From Candidatus Poribacteria bacterium (GTDB lineage: Bacteria > Poribacteria > WGA-4E > WGA-3G): DNA of 64,000 bases. The position numbers and the translations under genes were made by a program. The notes under the pieces were generated by a model. The model saw only the letters and a list, made by a program, of their open reading frames with translations, had not been told where the DNA came from and did no database searches. The stretch spans positions 1 through 64,000 of the forward strand of contig OZ243938.1 in the NCBI GenBank assembly GCA_965214095.1, read 5' to 3'. Below are positions 1 through 11,989 of the stretch, in pieces (position 1 is the first letter of the stretch; each line of letters starts with the position of its first letter).

Positions 1-473
1 AGGTGTCTTACGATTCAACATACCAACTGCGTGAAATTTTAATAGAACCGTGGAGTCCCAGCACTTATGTAGTGGAGTCATTTTTCTCATTGGATGCCTC
101 CCAACAAGAATTACAATTGGATAATGCGTGGCAAATTTCTGGTGAAAAAGCGAATTATTTGGGGACAATTACGTTTGGAAAAAATAACGAATGGCCATCG
201 GAATCACAAAGCAGAACAATAGAAAAATTACCACTCTATGAAGGTCTCAGTGAGATACGGGTGGCATACACCAAAATCTTACAACAGGAAGGTTTACTTC
301 AATACTTGCTGAAAGATGTTGAAGTTCAAAACCGCAAAGTCCTAATTGGATGGACATCTCAATTACAAGGAGTGTCATCAGCGAATTCAATAATGTCAGC
401 AGACGAAAATGTCAACACAAATGATGAAATATTCGTTATAATGTATATGGATGGAAAAGACACAGAGAGGTAA
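1..473 (+). CDS. Hypothetical protein, 3' part (truncated by window start)
   Basis: Open frame from the window edge to a stop at 473; no recognisable motif. Confidence 0.6.
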   Translation, partial: VSYDSTYQLREILIEPWSPSTYVVESFFSLDASQQELQLDNAWQISGEKANYLGTITFGKNNEWPSESQSRTIEKLPLYEGLSEIRVAYTKILQQEGLLQYLLKDVEVQNRKVLIGWTSQLQGVSSANSIMSADENVNTNDEIFVIMYMDGKDTER

Positions 474-495
474 TCTTAAGATATAACGGTAGGAT

Positions 496-1449
496 ATGGG
501 AGAGAGTAAACAGATGGATGTGCTATCGCTCGGAATTTTTGTCTCCGATGTACTCGGTAGACCGATAGATAACTTTCCAGAAAAAGGGAAATTAGTCCTA
601 TTTGACGAACTTGAAATACATGCTGGTGGTTGTGCCAACAATACTGCGATTGCCCTCTCACGGCTCGGTGTTTCTGTCGGTGCAATGGGTAAAATCGGTA
701 ATGATCAATTTGGAGAATTAATACTACAAACACTTTTGGAAAACAAAGTTAACACCACAGGAATGCAACGGGAGGCGAACACGAACACGTCCTTTACATT
801 CGTTTCAATCGCCTCTGATGGTGAAAGAAGTTTTTGCCACTTTATCGGTGCAAACGGTGAATTGAACGAAGGTGATCTCAATTGGGATATAATAAAAACT
901 ACTAAAATACTACACATTGCAGGTGCATTTGTCATGCCAAAATTCGATGGCAAACCGATGGCAAATGTCCTTCAAAAAGCAAAAGGATTAGGTATAACAA
1001 CTTCACTTGATACCACATGGGACGCTACAGGCAAGTGGTTGGAAACGTTGGAACCGTGTTTGCCTTATGTTGACATATTTCTTCCGAGTTTAACCGAAGC
1101 AGAGCATCTAACAGGTTTATCTGAACCAAGGGATATTTCACATTTTTTACGGAACTACGGTATTCATACTATTGGTATCAAGATGGGAGAACAGGGTAGT
1201 TACGTTTCAACACCTGAAGAGGAACTTTTCGTCCCCGCGTATTCTGTAAATATCGTTGATGCGACTGGTGCTGGCGATGCTTACGTGGCTGGATTCCTTG
1301 CGGGAACGGTAAAAGGATGGGACCTAAAAACGACTGCGGAATTGGCATCAGCGACTGGTGCCGCATGTGTTACTCAGATCGGCACCACGGCAGGTATCAA
1401 GAACCTTGAAGAAACTTTGAAAATCTGTCAGAAAAATAAAATGTCATAA
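496..1449 (+). CDS. PfkB/ribokinase-family carbohydrate kinase
   Basis: N-terminal GGCANNTAIALSRLG and C-terminal DATGAGDAYVAG PfkB signatures. Confidence 0.92.
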   Translation: MGESKQMDVLSLGIFVSDVLGRPIDNFPEKGKLVLFDELEIHAGGCANNTAIALSRLGVSVGAMGKIGNDQFGELILQTLLENKVNTTGMQREANTNTSFTFVSIASDGERSFCHFIGANGELNEGDLNWDIIKTTKILHIAGAFVMPKFDGKPMANVLQKAKGLGITTSLDTTWDATGKWLETLEPCLPYVDIFLPSLTEAEHLTGLSEPRDISHFLRNYGIHTIGIKMGEQGSYVSTPEEELFVPAYSVNIVDATGAGDAYVAGFLAGTVKGWDLKTTAELASATGAACVTQIGTTAGIKNLEETLKICQKNKMS

Positions 1450-1471
1450 CGGCATTGTAGGACACAAAATA

Positions 1472-2401
1472 ATGGATGCTAATGCAATCGTACAAACAGA
1501 GAACCTATCAAAATGGTATGGTGAAGTCATGGGAGTGAATGATGTCACCTTGTCTATTCACCCTGGTATAACAGGTTTGCTCGGTCCCAACGGTGCGGGT
1601 AAAACCAGTCTGCTCAAATTAATGACGGGACAACTCAAACCGAATATGGGAGAAATATCTGTCCTAAATCAACCTGTTTGGAATAATTATCTTCTCACAA
1701 AACGGGTCGGTTACTGTCCCGATATTGAATTGGCATATCAATTCATGACAGGATTTGAGTTTATCTCTTTCTTTGCGACGTTGAGTGGATGTGAGAAGAC
1801 AGATGTGGAGCCACGAAGTTTAGAGGCACTTGAAACGGTGGATATGATTTCCGCAAAAGATAAACCGATTGGATCATACAGCAAGGGGATGCGGCAGCGC
1901 ATAAAACTCGCACAAGCACTCGTGCATGAACCTGAACTCCTGTTCCTTGACGAACCACTCACCGGACTTGACCCCATCGGTCGAAGACATGTGATGAATC
2001 TACTTAAAAAACTTGCTGAACAAGGTATCAGCATGGTTGTCTCAAGCCATATCCTCTATGAAATTGAAACCTTAACTGAAACTATTTTGCTTATTCATCA
2101 AGGAAGAATTCTTGCAGAAGGCACTATCTCCGACATTCGTGAACTGATTGATGAACACCCACATAAGGTATATTTGAGTGCTGATGAACCCCGTCGATTA
2201 GCACAAGTCTGTCTCCCGTATGATGATATTCTCAGTGTCACCTTCGGTGATGAAGCAGGTGATGTTATCATTGAAACGGAAAAACCGGATGCCTTTTATG
2301 CGCGCCTCCCTCAAATCCTCATAGAAAACGAACTAAACGTTTCACAACTCTACTCACCTGACGACAATTTATCCGCTGTCTTTAAGTATTTAGTTGGTTA
2401 G
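1472..2401 (+). CDS. ABC transporter ATP-binding protein (ABC-2 exporter type)
   Basis: Walker A GPNGAGKT, signature YSKGMRQR, Walker B LFLDEP, H-loop SSH. Confidence 0.92.
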   Translation: MDANAIVQTENLSKWYGEVMGVNDVTLSIHPGITGLLGPNGAGKTSLLKLMTGQLKPNMGEISVLNQPVWNNYLLTKRVGYCPDIELAYQFMTGFEFISFFATLSGCEKTDVEPRSLEALETVDMISAKDKPIGSYSKGMRQRIKLAQALVHEPELLFLDEPLTGLDPIGRRHVMNLLKKLAEQGISMVVSSHILYEIETLTETILLIHQGRILAEGTISDIRELIDEHPHKVYLSADEPRRLAQVCLPYDDILSVTFGDEAGDVIIETEKPDAFYARLPQILIENELNVSQLYSPDDNLSAVFKYLVG

Positions 2402-2441
2402 ATTACCGATCTTTTCAGAGTAACCACAACTTTAATAATTA

Positions 2442-2469
2442 TGTAACCGTTCCACATTAAACCCGCGTC
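2442..2469 (+). promoter_or_regulatory. Candidate ECF-sigma (autoregulatory) promoter
   Basis: TGTAAC (2442-2447) and CGTC (2466-2469) about 50 bp before the ECF gene; AAC/CGT is the classic ECF pattern, but the 18-bp spacer is slightly long. Confidence 0.4.
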
Positions 2470-2520
2470 ATTATATATTGAAGCAACTGGAACAAATCTA
2501 TCACTTTCTTGAGGTGCATA

Positions 2521-5328
2521 ATGAAGCATGAAGACGTTGAACTAATAAACCGAATCCTTGTGGGTGATGAGAACGCTTTTGTGAGTTTAGTGAACAAATA
2601 CCAAAAGCAGGTGCATGCACTCGCTTGGCGGAAAGTAGGTGATTTCCACATCGCGGAAGAGATCACACAAGACACCTTCCTCAAAGTCTATCAGAAACTG
2701 GCAACTTTGAAAGATCCGAATCAGTTTTCTGGATGGCTTTATGTGATTGCAACCAATCAGTGCCGCGCGTGGCTTCGTAAGAAACGCATTGAAACTGAAC
2801 CTTTAGATGAGACAGATGTTGAGAAGATAGAAGAAGCATATTCACGATATGTTGCAGAAGAACAAGCAAAAGCAACAATTGAGACACAACGCGAAGTGGT
2901 GAAAAAACTACTTGCGAAACTCAAAGAGAGTGAACGCACGGTAATGACACTCCACTATCTTGGTGAAATGACGGTTGAAGAGATCAGTCGTTTTTTAGGA
3001 GTATCTGCAAGTGCGATTAAGCTCCGATTACACCGGGCCCGGCAACGTTTGAAAAAGGAGGAACCGATGATACGAGAGGCACTTAGCAACTTCAAACTAT
3101 CCCCAAACCTTACTGACAATATAATGCAAAGGATTGAAGATATAAAACCAACCGTACCATCAGGCAGTAAACCTATTATTCCGTGGGTAATAGGCGCGTC
3201 AAGTATCGCTTTGATTGTGCTAATGCTTGGATTAGGAAGTCAATACTTAGCACATTTCCAACAACCTTATAGTTTGGATGCACAGTCTGAAACTACGGTA
3301 GAACTGATTGATGTACCTATCGTGTTTAATTTGGAAGCGAAACCGGATGTCCGAAATCAGTTAGGACAAAATACTGATAATGGTAAAGGTGATGGTCCTG
3401 GACAGGAATCTAATCAGGTTTCATCTGATGAAGGGGATTATACGCAATGGACTTTGCCTAAAGGGGCGAAAGCCAGACTTGGAAAGGGTAGTGTACGAGA
3501 AGTGGCGTACTCTCCTGATGGAAATAGACTTGCTGTTGCCAGCGGAACTGGGATTTGGCTATATGATGCACATACTGGCAAAGAATTAAGCCTTCTAACT
3601 GGACATACAGGAAGTGTCCTTACCGCCGCATTCAGTCCCGATGGAACTACAATTGCCAGTGGTAGCATAGACGATACTGTAATGTTATGGGACGCTGGGA
3701 CCGGACTACATAAACACACTCTTATAGGTCATAAGGGTGCAGTTACAGGTGTAGTGTTCAGTTCTGATGGCAAAATACTTGCAAGTTCAAGTATGGATAC
3801 TACAATACGGGTGTGGGATGCGGTAACTGGTGAACTTAAAACAGTTTCCGATGGTATGCCTTCCAGTATCTTGGGAATAGTTTTCTCTCCGGGTGATGAT
3901 ATAATAGCCGGGTGGGGTGGTATGAAAAAAATATATCTGTTAGATGTAGCAACTGGGAAACAAAAAGATATAATAAAAACTGAGAAACATGTTAGTTCTG
4001 TGGTGTTTAGTCCTGACGGTGGCAAAATAGTTTTAGGTGGTGTTACGAGTATTCAAATTTTGGATATGGCAACTGGAGTATATACTGGGAAACTCACCGG
4101 ACATCGATCAAATGTCACTCATATCTCACTCAGTCCTGATGGAAGTATTCTTGCAAGTGCAAGCCTGGATAAAACTATAAAATTGTGGGATTTCAATGAA
4201 GAGTATCGTTGGCACAGTAGCAGGTATAACGCACAAACCACACTCCTCAAGGGTCAGACTGAGTGGTATCATGTTGCATTTAGTCCGGATAGTAACACGT
4301 TAGTTGGCGTGGGAGGGGATGGAACAGTGTTATGTTTCGACAAAACAACGGGAGAACAAAAAACAGCAATCTCAGGTCATACAGGCATCGTGGAGAGTAT
4401 TGCATTCAGTCTTGATGGTAACATTATCGCAAGTGGAAATGATAATCAAGTGTTGTTATGGGATATAAATACTAACCAGCAAAGATCGGTCTTCAACACG
4501 GATGGACTGAATGTGAAGAGTATTGTATTCAATCCGGATGGAAATACATTTGTCACAGGAAATGATCATAACACTGTACTTGTGTGGGATATTTTGACAG
4601 GACAGCAGAAAACAAAAATAGAAATTCCTCGGCTGGATTCATCTTCCACTACAAGTATCTCAGCAGTCGCATATAGTCCTGACGGTAATCTGATTGCTAC
4701 CAGCGGAGGCGTTGATGACGACTCCGTATATTTGTGGGATGCGGAAACTGGAGAACTGAAAACAACATTGGAAGGACATAAACCTGAAGAAGGTTACTCA
4801 ACAGTTAAGAGTATTGCTTTTAGTCCCGATGGAAAAACACTCGCAAGCGGAGTTTCAAGGCATGACGGTATGGTCCAGTTATGGGATGTATCAACAAGAC
4901 AACTAAAAACTACACTCAAGGGACATCCAGCAAACGTTTTTTGTGTAGTGTTCAGTCCTGATGGAAACACACTCGCAAGTAGCGGTGGTCCTAATAACAA
5001 CCGCGGATGGAGCAGCGAATGGCGTGACGTTGCAAACGTTCATCTGTGGGATCTATCGACAAAACAAAAAGGTATACTTAAGGGGCATGTAGGTTCTGTC
5101 TTAACTATTGCCTTTAGCGGTGATGGAAAAACAATTGCTACTGGAAGTATTGACAATACAGTGAGAATATGGGATAGCGTTACAAAAGAACAGATTGCGT
5201 TATTTGAAGGGCATAAGTCAAGTGTTGCATGCGTAGCATACAGTCCTGATGGGAAAACACTCGCAAGTGGAAGTGGCAATGGAACAATACTTCTTTGGGA
5301 TGTGACATCACTTTCAAGTACTAACTAA
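2521..5328 (+). CDS. ECF sigma-70 factor fused via a TM helix to WD40 beta-propeller repeats
   Basis: Sigma2 (AEEITQDTFLKVY, FSGWLYVIATN), sigma4 HTH (TVEEISRFLGVSASAIKLRLHRAR), hydrophobic IIPWVIGASSIALIVLMLGLG, then many GH...FSPDG...LWD repeats. Start 2521 follows GAGGTG. Confidence 0.9.
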   Translation: MKHEDVELINRILVGDENAFVSLVNKYQKQVHALAWRKVGDFHIAEEITQDTFLKVYQKLATLKDPNQFSGWLYVIATNQCRAWLRKKRIETEPLDETDVEKIEEAYSRYVAEEQAKATIETQREVVKKLLAKLKESERTVMTLHYLGEMTVEEISRFLGVSASAIKLRLHRARQRLKKEEPMIREALSNFKLSPNLTDNIMQRIEDIKPTVPSGSKPIIPWVIGASSIALIVLMLGLGSQYLAHFQQPYSLDAQSETTVELIDVPIVFNLEAKPDVRNQLGQNTDNGKGDGPGQESNQVSSDEGDYTQWTLPKGAKARLGKGSVREVAYSPDGNRLAVASGTGIWLYDAHTGKELSLLTGHTGSVLTAAFSPDGTTIASGSIDDTVMLWDAGTGLHKHTLIGHKGAVTGVVFSSDGKILASSSMDTTIRVWDAVTGELKTVSDGMPSSILGIVFSPGDDIIAGWGGMKKIYLLDVATGKQKDIIKTEKHVSSVVFSPDGGKIVLGGVTSIQILDMATGVYTGKLTGHRSNVTHISLSPDGSILASASLDKTIKLWDFNEEYRWHSSRYNAQTTLLKGQTEWYHVAFSPDSNTLVGVGGDGTVLCFDKTTGEQKTAISGHTGIVESIAFSLDGNIIASGNDNQVLLWDINTNQQRSVFNTDGLNVKSIVFNPDGNTFVTGNDHNTVLVWDILTGQQKTKIEIPRLDSSSTTSISAVAYSPDGNLIATSGGVDDDSVYLWDAETGELKTTLEGHKPEEGYSTVKSIAFSPDGKTLASGVSRHDGMVQLWDVSTRQLKTTLKGHPANVFCVVFSPDGNTLASSGGPNNNRGWSSEWRDVANVHLWDLSTKQKGILKGHVGSVLTIAFSGDGKTIATGSIDNTVRIWDSVTKEQIALFEGHKSSVACVAYSPDGKTLASGSGNGTILLWDVTSLSSTN

Positions 5329-5335
5329 CTCAGTA

Positions 5336-6719
<1,384 letters not shown>

Positions 6720-6788
6720 TCAGAGGCATTCAAATGATTGACTCTACCCAATCTTCCAGGGTTATTAAATAACCTTGATTCTCCTAAC

Positions 6789-6817
6789 TTGACATTTGCA
6801 CATCCTAATGTTATTTT
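6789..6817 (+). promoter_or_regulatory. Sigma70-type promoter for the SpoIIM-like gene
   Basis: TTGACA-17bp-TATTTT with an extended -10 TG. Confidence 0.5.
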
Positions 6818-6887
6818 ATAAGAGGCTATTCAATAGGTGGTGTGTTTTGTATTTATGACAAATATCTTGATAAACAGGAAAATATAA

Positions 6888-7829
6888 ATGTCTGCAGAAT
6901 TTGTTGAGAAAAGACAACAGAGTTGGAATGAGTTAGAGGAATTATTGAATAAGTCTCGTCATGCAAATGCCCAAGAACTCAATCGTCTTGGATATTTGTA
7001 TCGTCGTGTAACGTCAGATTTAGCAGTGGCACGCCGTGATTTTCCACAGGATCGTTGTGTAATTTACCTGAACGAGTTAGTATCAAGAGCACATTCCACT
7101 GTATACCAGACTTCACCCTTAAAACGTGGTTCACTTCTTGAATTTCTCCGTTTTGGTTTCCCTACCGTCTTCCGCGAAAATCTCTATTTTATCGGTGCTG
7201 CTTTCCTGATGTTCGCCCTTGCATATATGGGAGCTTATGTGAGTGCGTTGAGATCCCCTGAATTCGCTGAAAGCCTTGTCCCTGAAGGTTACGTGACTCA
7301 TATCAAAGAATTAGGACAAAACAAATGGAATTCTACATCTGCCGAAGCAAGAAATTTACTCTCCTCCTATGTCATGACGAACAACATTCGCGTGGCTTTC
7401 ATGGCTTTCGCTGGGGGAATCATGTTTATGGTTGGTAGTGCATATATCCTTGTGTTTAACGGGTTATTTTTGGGTGCCATTGCTGGATTGTGCCATGTTA
7501 ACGGGGTCGCGTTAGCATTGTGGTCCTTTGTATCACCGCACGGCTACATAGAACTGACGACGATATTTATTGCTGGTGGTGCTGGTATGAGGTTAGGATA
7601 CTCCCTTATTGCACCAACAACTTTGACAAGAAAACAGACTTTAGTTAATGGCGCGAAAACGGCAATTAAGTTACTCGGCGGATGTGTGTTCTTGCTTGTT
7701 ATTGCGGGAATCATTGAGGGTTTTGTGTCTCCTTCTGACCTTCCAAATGCTGTAAAAATAGGCTTTGGTGCATTGACTGGAATTTTGTTGTTCACCTACC
7801 TTTTTGGTATGAAATCTCCTAATTCATGA
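6888..7829 (+). CDS. SpoIIM/DUF95-family membrane protein
   Basis: YRRVTSDLAVAR, TNNIRVAF, PHGYIELTTIFIAGGAG, AGIIEGFVSP motifs; multiple TM helices. Confidence 0.88.
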   Translation: MSAEFVEKRQQSWNELEELLNKSRHANAQELNRLGYLYRRVTSDLAVARRDFPQDRCVIYLNELVSRAHSTVYQTSPLKRGSLLEFLRFGFPTVFRENLYFIGAAFLMFALAYMGAYVSALRSPEFAESLVPEGYVTHIKELGQNKWNSTSAEARNLLSSYVMTNNIRVAFMAFAGGIMFMVGSAYILVFNGLFLGAIAGLCHVNGVALALWSFVSPHGYIELTTIFIAGGAGMRLGYSLIAPTTLTRKQTLVNGAKTAIKLLGGCVFLLVIAGIIEGFVSPSDLPNAVKIGFGALTGILLFTYLFGMKSPNS

Positions 7830-7849
7830 AATAGAATCTCATATAAGAG

Positions 7850-7871
7850 GCGCAATGAATTGCGCGACTAC
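7850..7871 (-). repeat. Single GTAG-family REP hairpin (second type) between convergent genes
   Basis: Reverse strand reads GTAGTC-GCGCAAT-TC-ATTGCGC: GTAG tail plus palindrome. Confidence 0.6.
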
Positions 7872-7885
7872 GAACCGAAATAGTG

Positions 7886-9256
7886 TTATAGCCTTGATTT
7901 TGCCTTCAGTTCTAAATACTTATTCACCACAGCCATAGTTAGTTGATGTGCGGGGACATCTATTGTTATAACACCGCGTCTGCGCAAGATTTCTAATGTC
8001 GCTTGTTTTTCTTGCAGCATTCGTTCTGCTATTGCTTTCTGATAAACCGACTTAGAATTTGACGGTTTTTGTGCTGCTAATTCCACAATCCCTGAATCTG
8101 TCAACGTTACACAGACAACAAGATGATGTTTGGAAAATTGCGAGACATAAGTTGCTATGCCTTCTGCTGAATCGTTGTCAAGGATATCTGTGAAGAGTAT
8201 AATAAGTGCCCGTTTGCGTTGTTTTGAGGCGAGATAAGAGAATGCTGCTTCAAAGTCAGGTTCAACCGGATGTGCCGGCAACGCATAAATCGTCTCTAAC
8301 ATTGTAAGGAACTGCTTTTTACCCTGTTTTGGAGCTAAGTATTGGTGAACTGTATCTGCAAATGCAACCATACCTATTTTGTCTCCTTTCAATATTGAGA
8401 CATAAGCAGCCATTAGGGTTGTGTTGATAGCGTAATCTAATTTCAGCATCGCTTTTTGATAAACCGTTTCTGTATCCGTTGTATCTAATGAATCCAATAG
8501 AATTGGAGATGCCATGAGTCGTCCGGTATCCAACATAATTACTATATCTTGACTCCGTTCAGTTTCAAACTCAGTAACAATAGGTTTTCTGTGTCTAGCG
8601 GTAGCATTCCAATCAATACGTCTAAAATCGTCATCAGGTAGGTATTCACGCAACCTTTCCAACTCCGTTCCTTCTCCAAATTGTCGTGAGTTTTTTAATC
8701 CCATACGGTGAAGCATTCCACGTTTGACCAATAACTCGTACTGTCTAATAGCATTGAGATTAGGATATACTTTTACTTCTGTTTGTGCTGATACTTTGTG
8801 CTGTCGAACGACAAGACCTATAACACCCAAACACCGAATATGTATATCTCCAAACAGATATATTCCTCTCCGCATCGGTGTGAGATTGTAAGATATGCTT
8901 TCCTCTTGCATTGAATTAACTTCCAAGTCATGGATTACTGCGTCATACAAGAATTCAGTAGGAAAATCGTCCTTAAGCCTTATCTTCAAGCTATGTCGTG
9001 ATCGGTTGAAAATGTGTAATGTAACTACATTTTCCATGCCTAATGAGAACTTTGTATTCATCAATCTGTTAACTTGAACACTTGTATAGAGAGGGTTTGT
9101 AACATAATCTATGATTGCAACGGTGAACAACAACAGCAGATATGCTCCACTAACATACAATAGACTGGATGAGAATAGACTGGATGAGACAGCATACAGC
9201 AGAATGGGGATAGCTGCGGGAAATAAATAGAATAGGAATCGTTTGCTAATATGCAT
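7886..9256 (-). CDS. DUF58 / vWA-like protein (MoxR partner)
   Basis: LREYLPDDDFRRIDWNATAR DUF58 motif, IMLDTGRLM, ILFTD; two N-terminal TM helices. Confidence 0.92.
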   Translation of the reverse strand: MHISKRFLFYLFPAAIPILLYAVSSSLFSSSLLYVSGAYLLLLFTVAIIDYVTNPLYTSVQVNRLMNTKFSLGMENVVTLHIFNRSRHSLKIRLKDDFPTEFLYDAVIHDLEVNSMQEESISYNLTPMRRGIYLFGDIHIRCLGVIGLVVRQHKVSAQTEVKVYPNLNAIRQYELLVKRGMLHRMGLKNSRQFGEGTELERLREYLPDDDFRRIDWNATARHRKPIVTEFETERSQDIVIMLDTGRLMASPILLDSLDTTDTETVYQKAMLKLDYAINTTLMAAYVSILKGDKIGMVAFADTVHQYLAPKQGKKQFLTMLETIYALPAHPVEPDFEAAFSYLASKQRKRALIILFTDILDNDSAEGIATYVSQFSKHHLVVCVTLTDSGIVELAAQKPSNSKSVYQKAIAERMLQEKQATLEILRRRGVITIDVPAHQLTMAVVNKYLELKAKSRL

Positions 9257-9261
9257 ATTAT

Positions 9262-10215
9262 CTATCGTGGGATTTCTACTTCGGCAAGAAGTCTATCAAT
9301 GACATCATCGGCGGTCAAACCTTCAATTTCTGCCTCTGGTTTCAACAGGATGCGATGACGGTAAACAGGTGCCGCTAAATATTTTACATCATCAGGTATA
9401 ATATAGTCTCGTCCTTGTATTGCTGCATAAGTTTTACTTGCTAATAAGAGTGCTATTGAGGCGCGGGGACTTCCACCTAATATTAGCTCATTAGATCTGC
9501 GTGATGCTTCTGCCAGACCAACGATATAGTTAAATATAGTATCCTCTACGGTGACTGCTTGAATTGACTTTTGACATTCCGTAAGTGCCTCACTGTCAAT
9601 CACACTTTCTATGCCGACCTCATCCAAACGAGTAGCATTAAATCCTTGATGGTAATTCCTCAAGATTTGTGTTTCTAATTCAGTGCCAGGATAATCTACT
9701 TTGAGTTTAAACATAAATCTATCCAACTGTGCTTCTGGTAGTGGATATGTTCCCTCATATTCAATAGGATTTTGTGTTGCTAACACTATGAATGGTGTTG
9801 ATAGTTCGTGTCGCACGCCATCAATACTGACTTGTCGTTCTTCCATACATTCCAAGAGTGCAGATTGTGTTTTTGCTGGAGAACGGTTGATTTCATCTGC
9901 AAGTAGGACATTCGTGAAAACGGGCCCGTGCTTAAGATTAAACTGATTTGTAGTCAAATCGTAAACACTTGTTCCAATAATGTCTGATGGCATCAGGTCT
10001 GGTGTGAACTGGACACGACTAAATTGTCCAGAGACAATCATTGCAAGAGTCTTTGCGATTAACGTTTTTGCCGTGCCCGGTACGCCCTCTAATAGGACAT
10101 GTCCTCCTGAAAAAAGACTGACAACCACGAGTTTAAAGATTTCGTGTTGACCGACGATAATTTTCTGTGCTTCCTGTTTTATTCTTTCAAAAACTGTTTG
10201 TACTGTGTTCTCCAT
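9262..10215 (-). CDS. moxR: MoxR-family AAA+ ATPase
   Basis: [56 protein letters not shown]. Confidence 0.96.
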   Translation of the reverse strand: MENTVQTVFERIKQEAQKIIVGQHEIFKLVVVSLFSGGHVLLEGVPGTAKTLIAKTLAMIVSGQFSRVQFTPDLMPSDIIGTSVYDLTTNQFNLKHGPVFTNVLLADEINRSPAKTQSALLECMEERQVSIDGVRHELSTPFIVLATQNPIEYEGTYPLPEAQLDRFMFKLKVDYPGTELETQILRNYHQGFNATRLDEVGIESVIDSEALTECQKSIQAVTVEDTIFNYIVGLAEASRRSNELILGGSPRASIALLLASKTYAAIQGRDYIIPDDVKYLAAPVYRHRILLKPEAEIEGLTADDVIDRLLAEVEIPR

Positions 10216-10243
10216 AATTTAATGATCACCTATTTATTGTTCT

Positions 10244-11350
10244 TCAAATATTAGTGTTTGTACAGTATGTATAAACTCTTTTTGCTAAATCCACGAGTTG
10301 TGATTCCGATATATTTCCTGAGACTTCTAAATCACTGATTAGATTGGTAAGTTCTCCTTGTTCATCATCAATACCACGTTGAATCAATTCTTCTAAGAAC
10401 TCTGATGTTCTTAGGTTTGGATTCACTCGCCACCGATTTCCTAAGTCTGCTCTGAATTTATCTTTAATATGTTTTAGTATATCCATACGTGTGTTGCCTT
10501 TTTGATATAAGGCAGTCATCGCGTAGACATATTCGGTGCTTAACCTTCTATTGTCCTCTCTTATATTTAAGGGTTGTCCGAATCTTCTTCCTCTCAATGT
10601 CATGAAGACGAACAGAATCAAACAGATATATACTGATGCTAATCCCCATGGTGTTTTGAATACAAAGTTTACGAACGCACTTGAAGGGTCAATGCTTTGT
10701 ACGTAGTAATTGCCTTCTGCCAGACCGATGTGTGCTTTACGAGGGAATGTTGACATAAGGTTGTAAAACAGTGCAGCATTTCCACTATGTTTCAATCCAT
10801 TTTCATTAAATAGATATGCCGAAGTAGTGAAATACGCACGTCCTTCTCCATCTTGTATTGTTGCTACAACTGCTTGATATTCGGATCCGTATAGTACCAG
10901 CATGTCTCGTTTATCAGATTCAATAGCAAAATATGTCCGGGGTCGTATTCTGTTAACTTCGTTTAAATGAAAAAAAGGTTCTTCTTGATATCTATTTGCG
11001 TACTCCATTCTATTCGGTAGATTCTGTAGTTTCAACCCAAAAGCAGCGACAAGTCCTGCCATTGTTTTATGATTTCCTCCACTTACTATCAGTGTGCCAC
11101 CACCTTTGACAAAATCTTGCATATTCTGAATTTCTGATTCCGATGGAATTTTGAGAAGATCCTGTAAGAATAAGACATCGTAGTTCTTAAGACGGGAAGG
11201 ATATTGTGCAGTAATTTCTGTGACTCTAAACTTTAATTTTCGTAATAGTTTTGGGAGAACACTTGTTGGAACTAACGAATCACAAGAGAGGTGGGAACAT
11301 GAGAGTATAATTAAAAGAAAGAGATAAATTGGAACGCGGTGAATTTTCAC
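10244..11350 (-). CDS. DUF4350-like membrane/lipoprotein
   Basis: FVKGGGTLIV, TM followed by GRRFGQP and STEYVYAMTALY; position directly upstream of moxR. Confidence 0.7.
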   Translation of the reverse strand: MKIHRVPIYLFLLIILSCSHLSCDSLVPTSVLPKLLRKLKFRVTEITAQYPSRLKNYDVLFLQDLLKIPSESEIQNMQDFVKGGGTLIVSGGNHKTMAGLVAAFGLKLQNLPNRMEYANRYQEEPFFHLNEVNRIRPRTYFAIESDKRDMLVLYGSEYQAVVATIQDGEGRAYFTTSAYLFNENGLKHSGNAALFYNLMSTFPRKAHIGLAEGNYYVQSIDPSSAFVNFVFKTPWGLASVYICLILFVFMTLRGRRFGQPLNIREDNRRLSTEYVYAMTALYQKGNTRMDILKHIKDKFRADLGNRWRVNPNLRTSEFLEELIQRGIDDEQGELTNLISDLEVSGNISESQLVDLAKRVYTYCTNTNI

Positions 11351-11356
11351 TGATTG

Positions 11357-11989
11357 TCACCCTTTAACATACACCTTTTGCAATAGATCACGATAGTTTG
11401 CAACGGTTTCGGCATCACAAGGTTTATGTCCATACCATACCTCATCAAAGACAGTAACTGCTGGACCAAGTGTCTCCTGAAGGTTGATGTCAACTTGTGA
11501 TTGGTATAGATACTCGCGATTCGTCATGCTCTTATCATACGGTAAAATACCGCGTTCTTGTAGGTGTAAAACTGCGGAAAGATAGAGATAACGGAGTGCA
11601 CCGCGGAAGTCGTCTGATGCTTCTGCGGTATCTGCGTGTGCAAGCGCAGCTTTTTCAGTCCTCACATCATCTTCAACAATCAACGTTTCATTTTCGCTAA
11701 CTTCGCTTATCAAGTTAACCCGAATCTGTCGGATAAAAATGATCAAAACTATTCCAATTGCTAATATACCCAATGGGAATAGTACATACTTTAGTTCAAA
11801 TTTCTGAATTGGTTTGGGAGTAAGCAGTTTATCTAACTCGGTTTGATATTTCTCATAAGATATTGCCGCTTCCGTATTTTTCTCTAACTCATCACGAAAC
11901 AGCTGCTCCTCTGATGCCGTAACTAACAAAACGGTCAGACAAGTCAGACAAAAGATTATAATGAGACTACTATTAATTTTTAGTGTCAT
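11357..11989 (-). CDS. DUF4129 domain protein
   Basis: FRGALRYLYL...TNREYL...FDEVWYG motif after a TM helix. Confidence 0.85.
   Translation of the reverse strand: MTLKINSSLIIIFCLTCLTVLLVTASEEQLFRDELEKNTEAAISYEKYQTELDKLLTPKPIQKFELKYVLFPLGILAIGIVLIIFIRQIRVNLISEVSENETLIVEDDVRTEKAALAHADTAEASDDFRGALRYLYLSAVLHLQERGILPYDKSMTNREYLYQSQVDINLQETLGPAVTVFDEVWYGHKPCDAETVANYRDLLQKVYVKG

Noticed and set aside
3480-5300. DNA-level repeats (AGTCC.GATGG.AA) as DGR variable/template repeats
   Set aside because: Explained by WD40 protein repeats; no reverse transcriptase or adenine-specific divergence seen.
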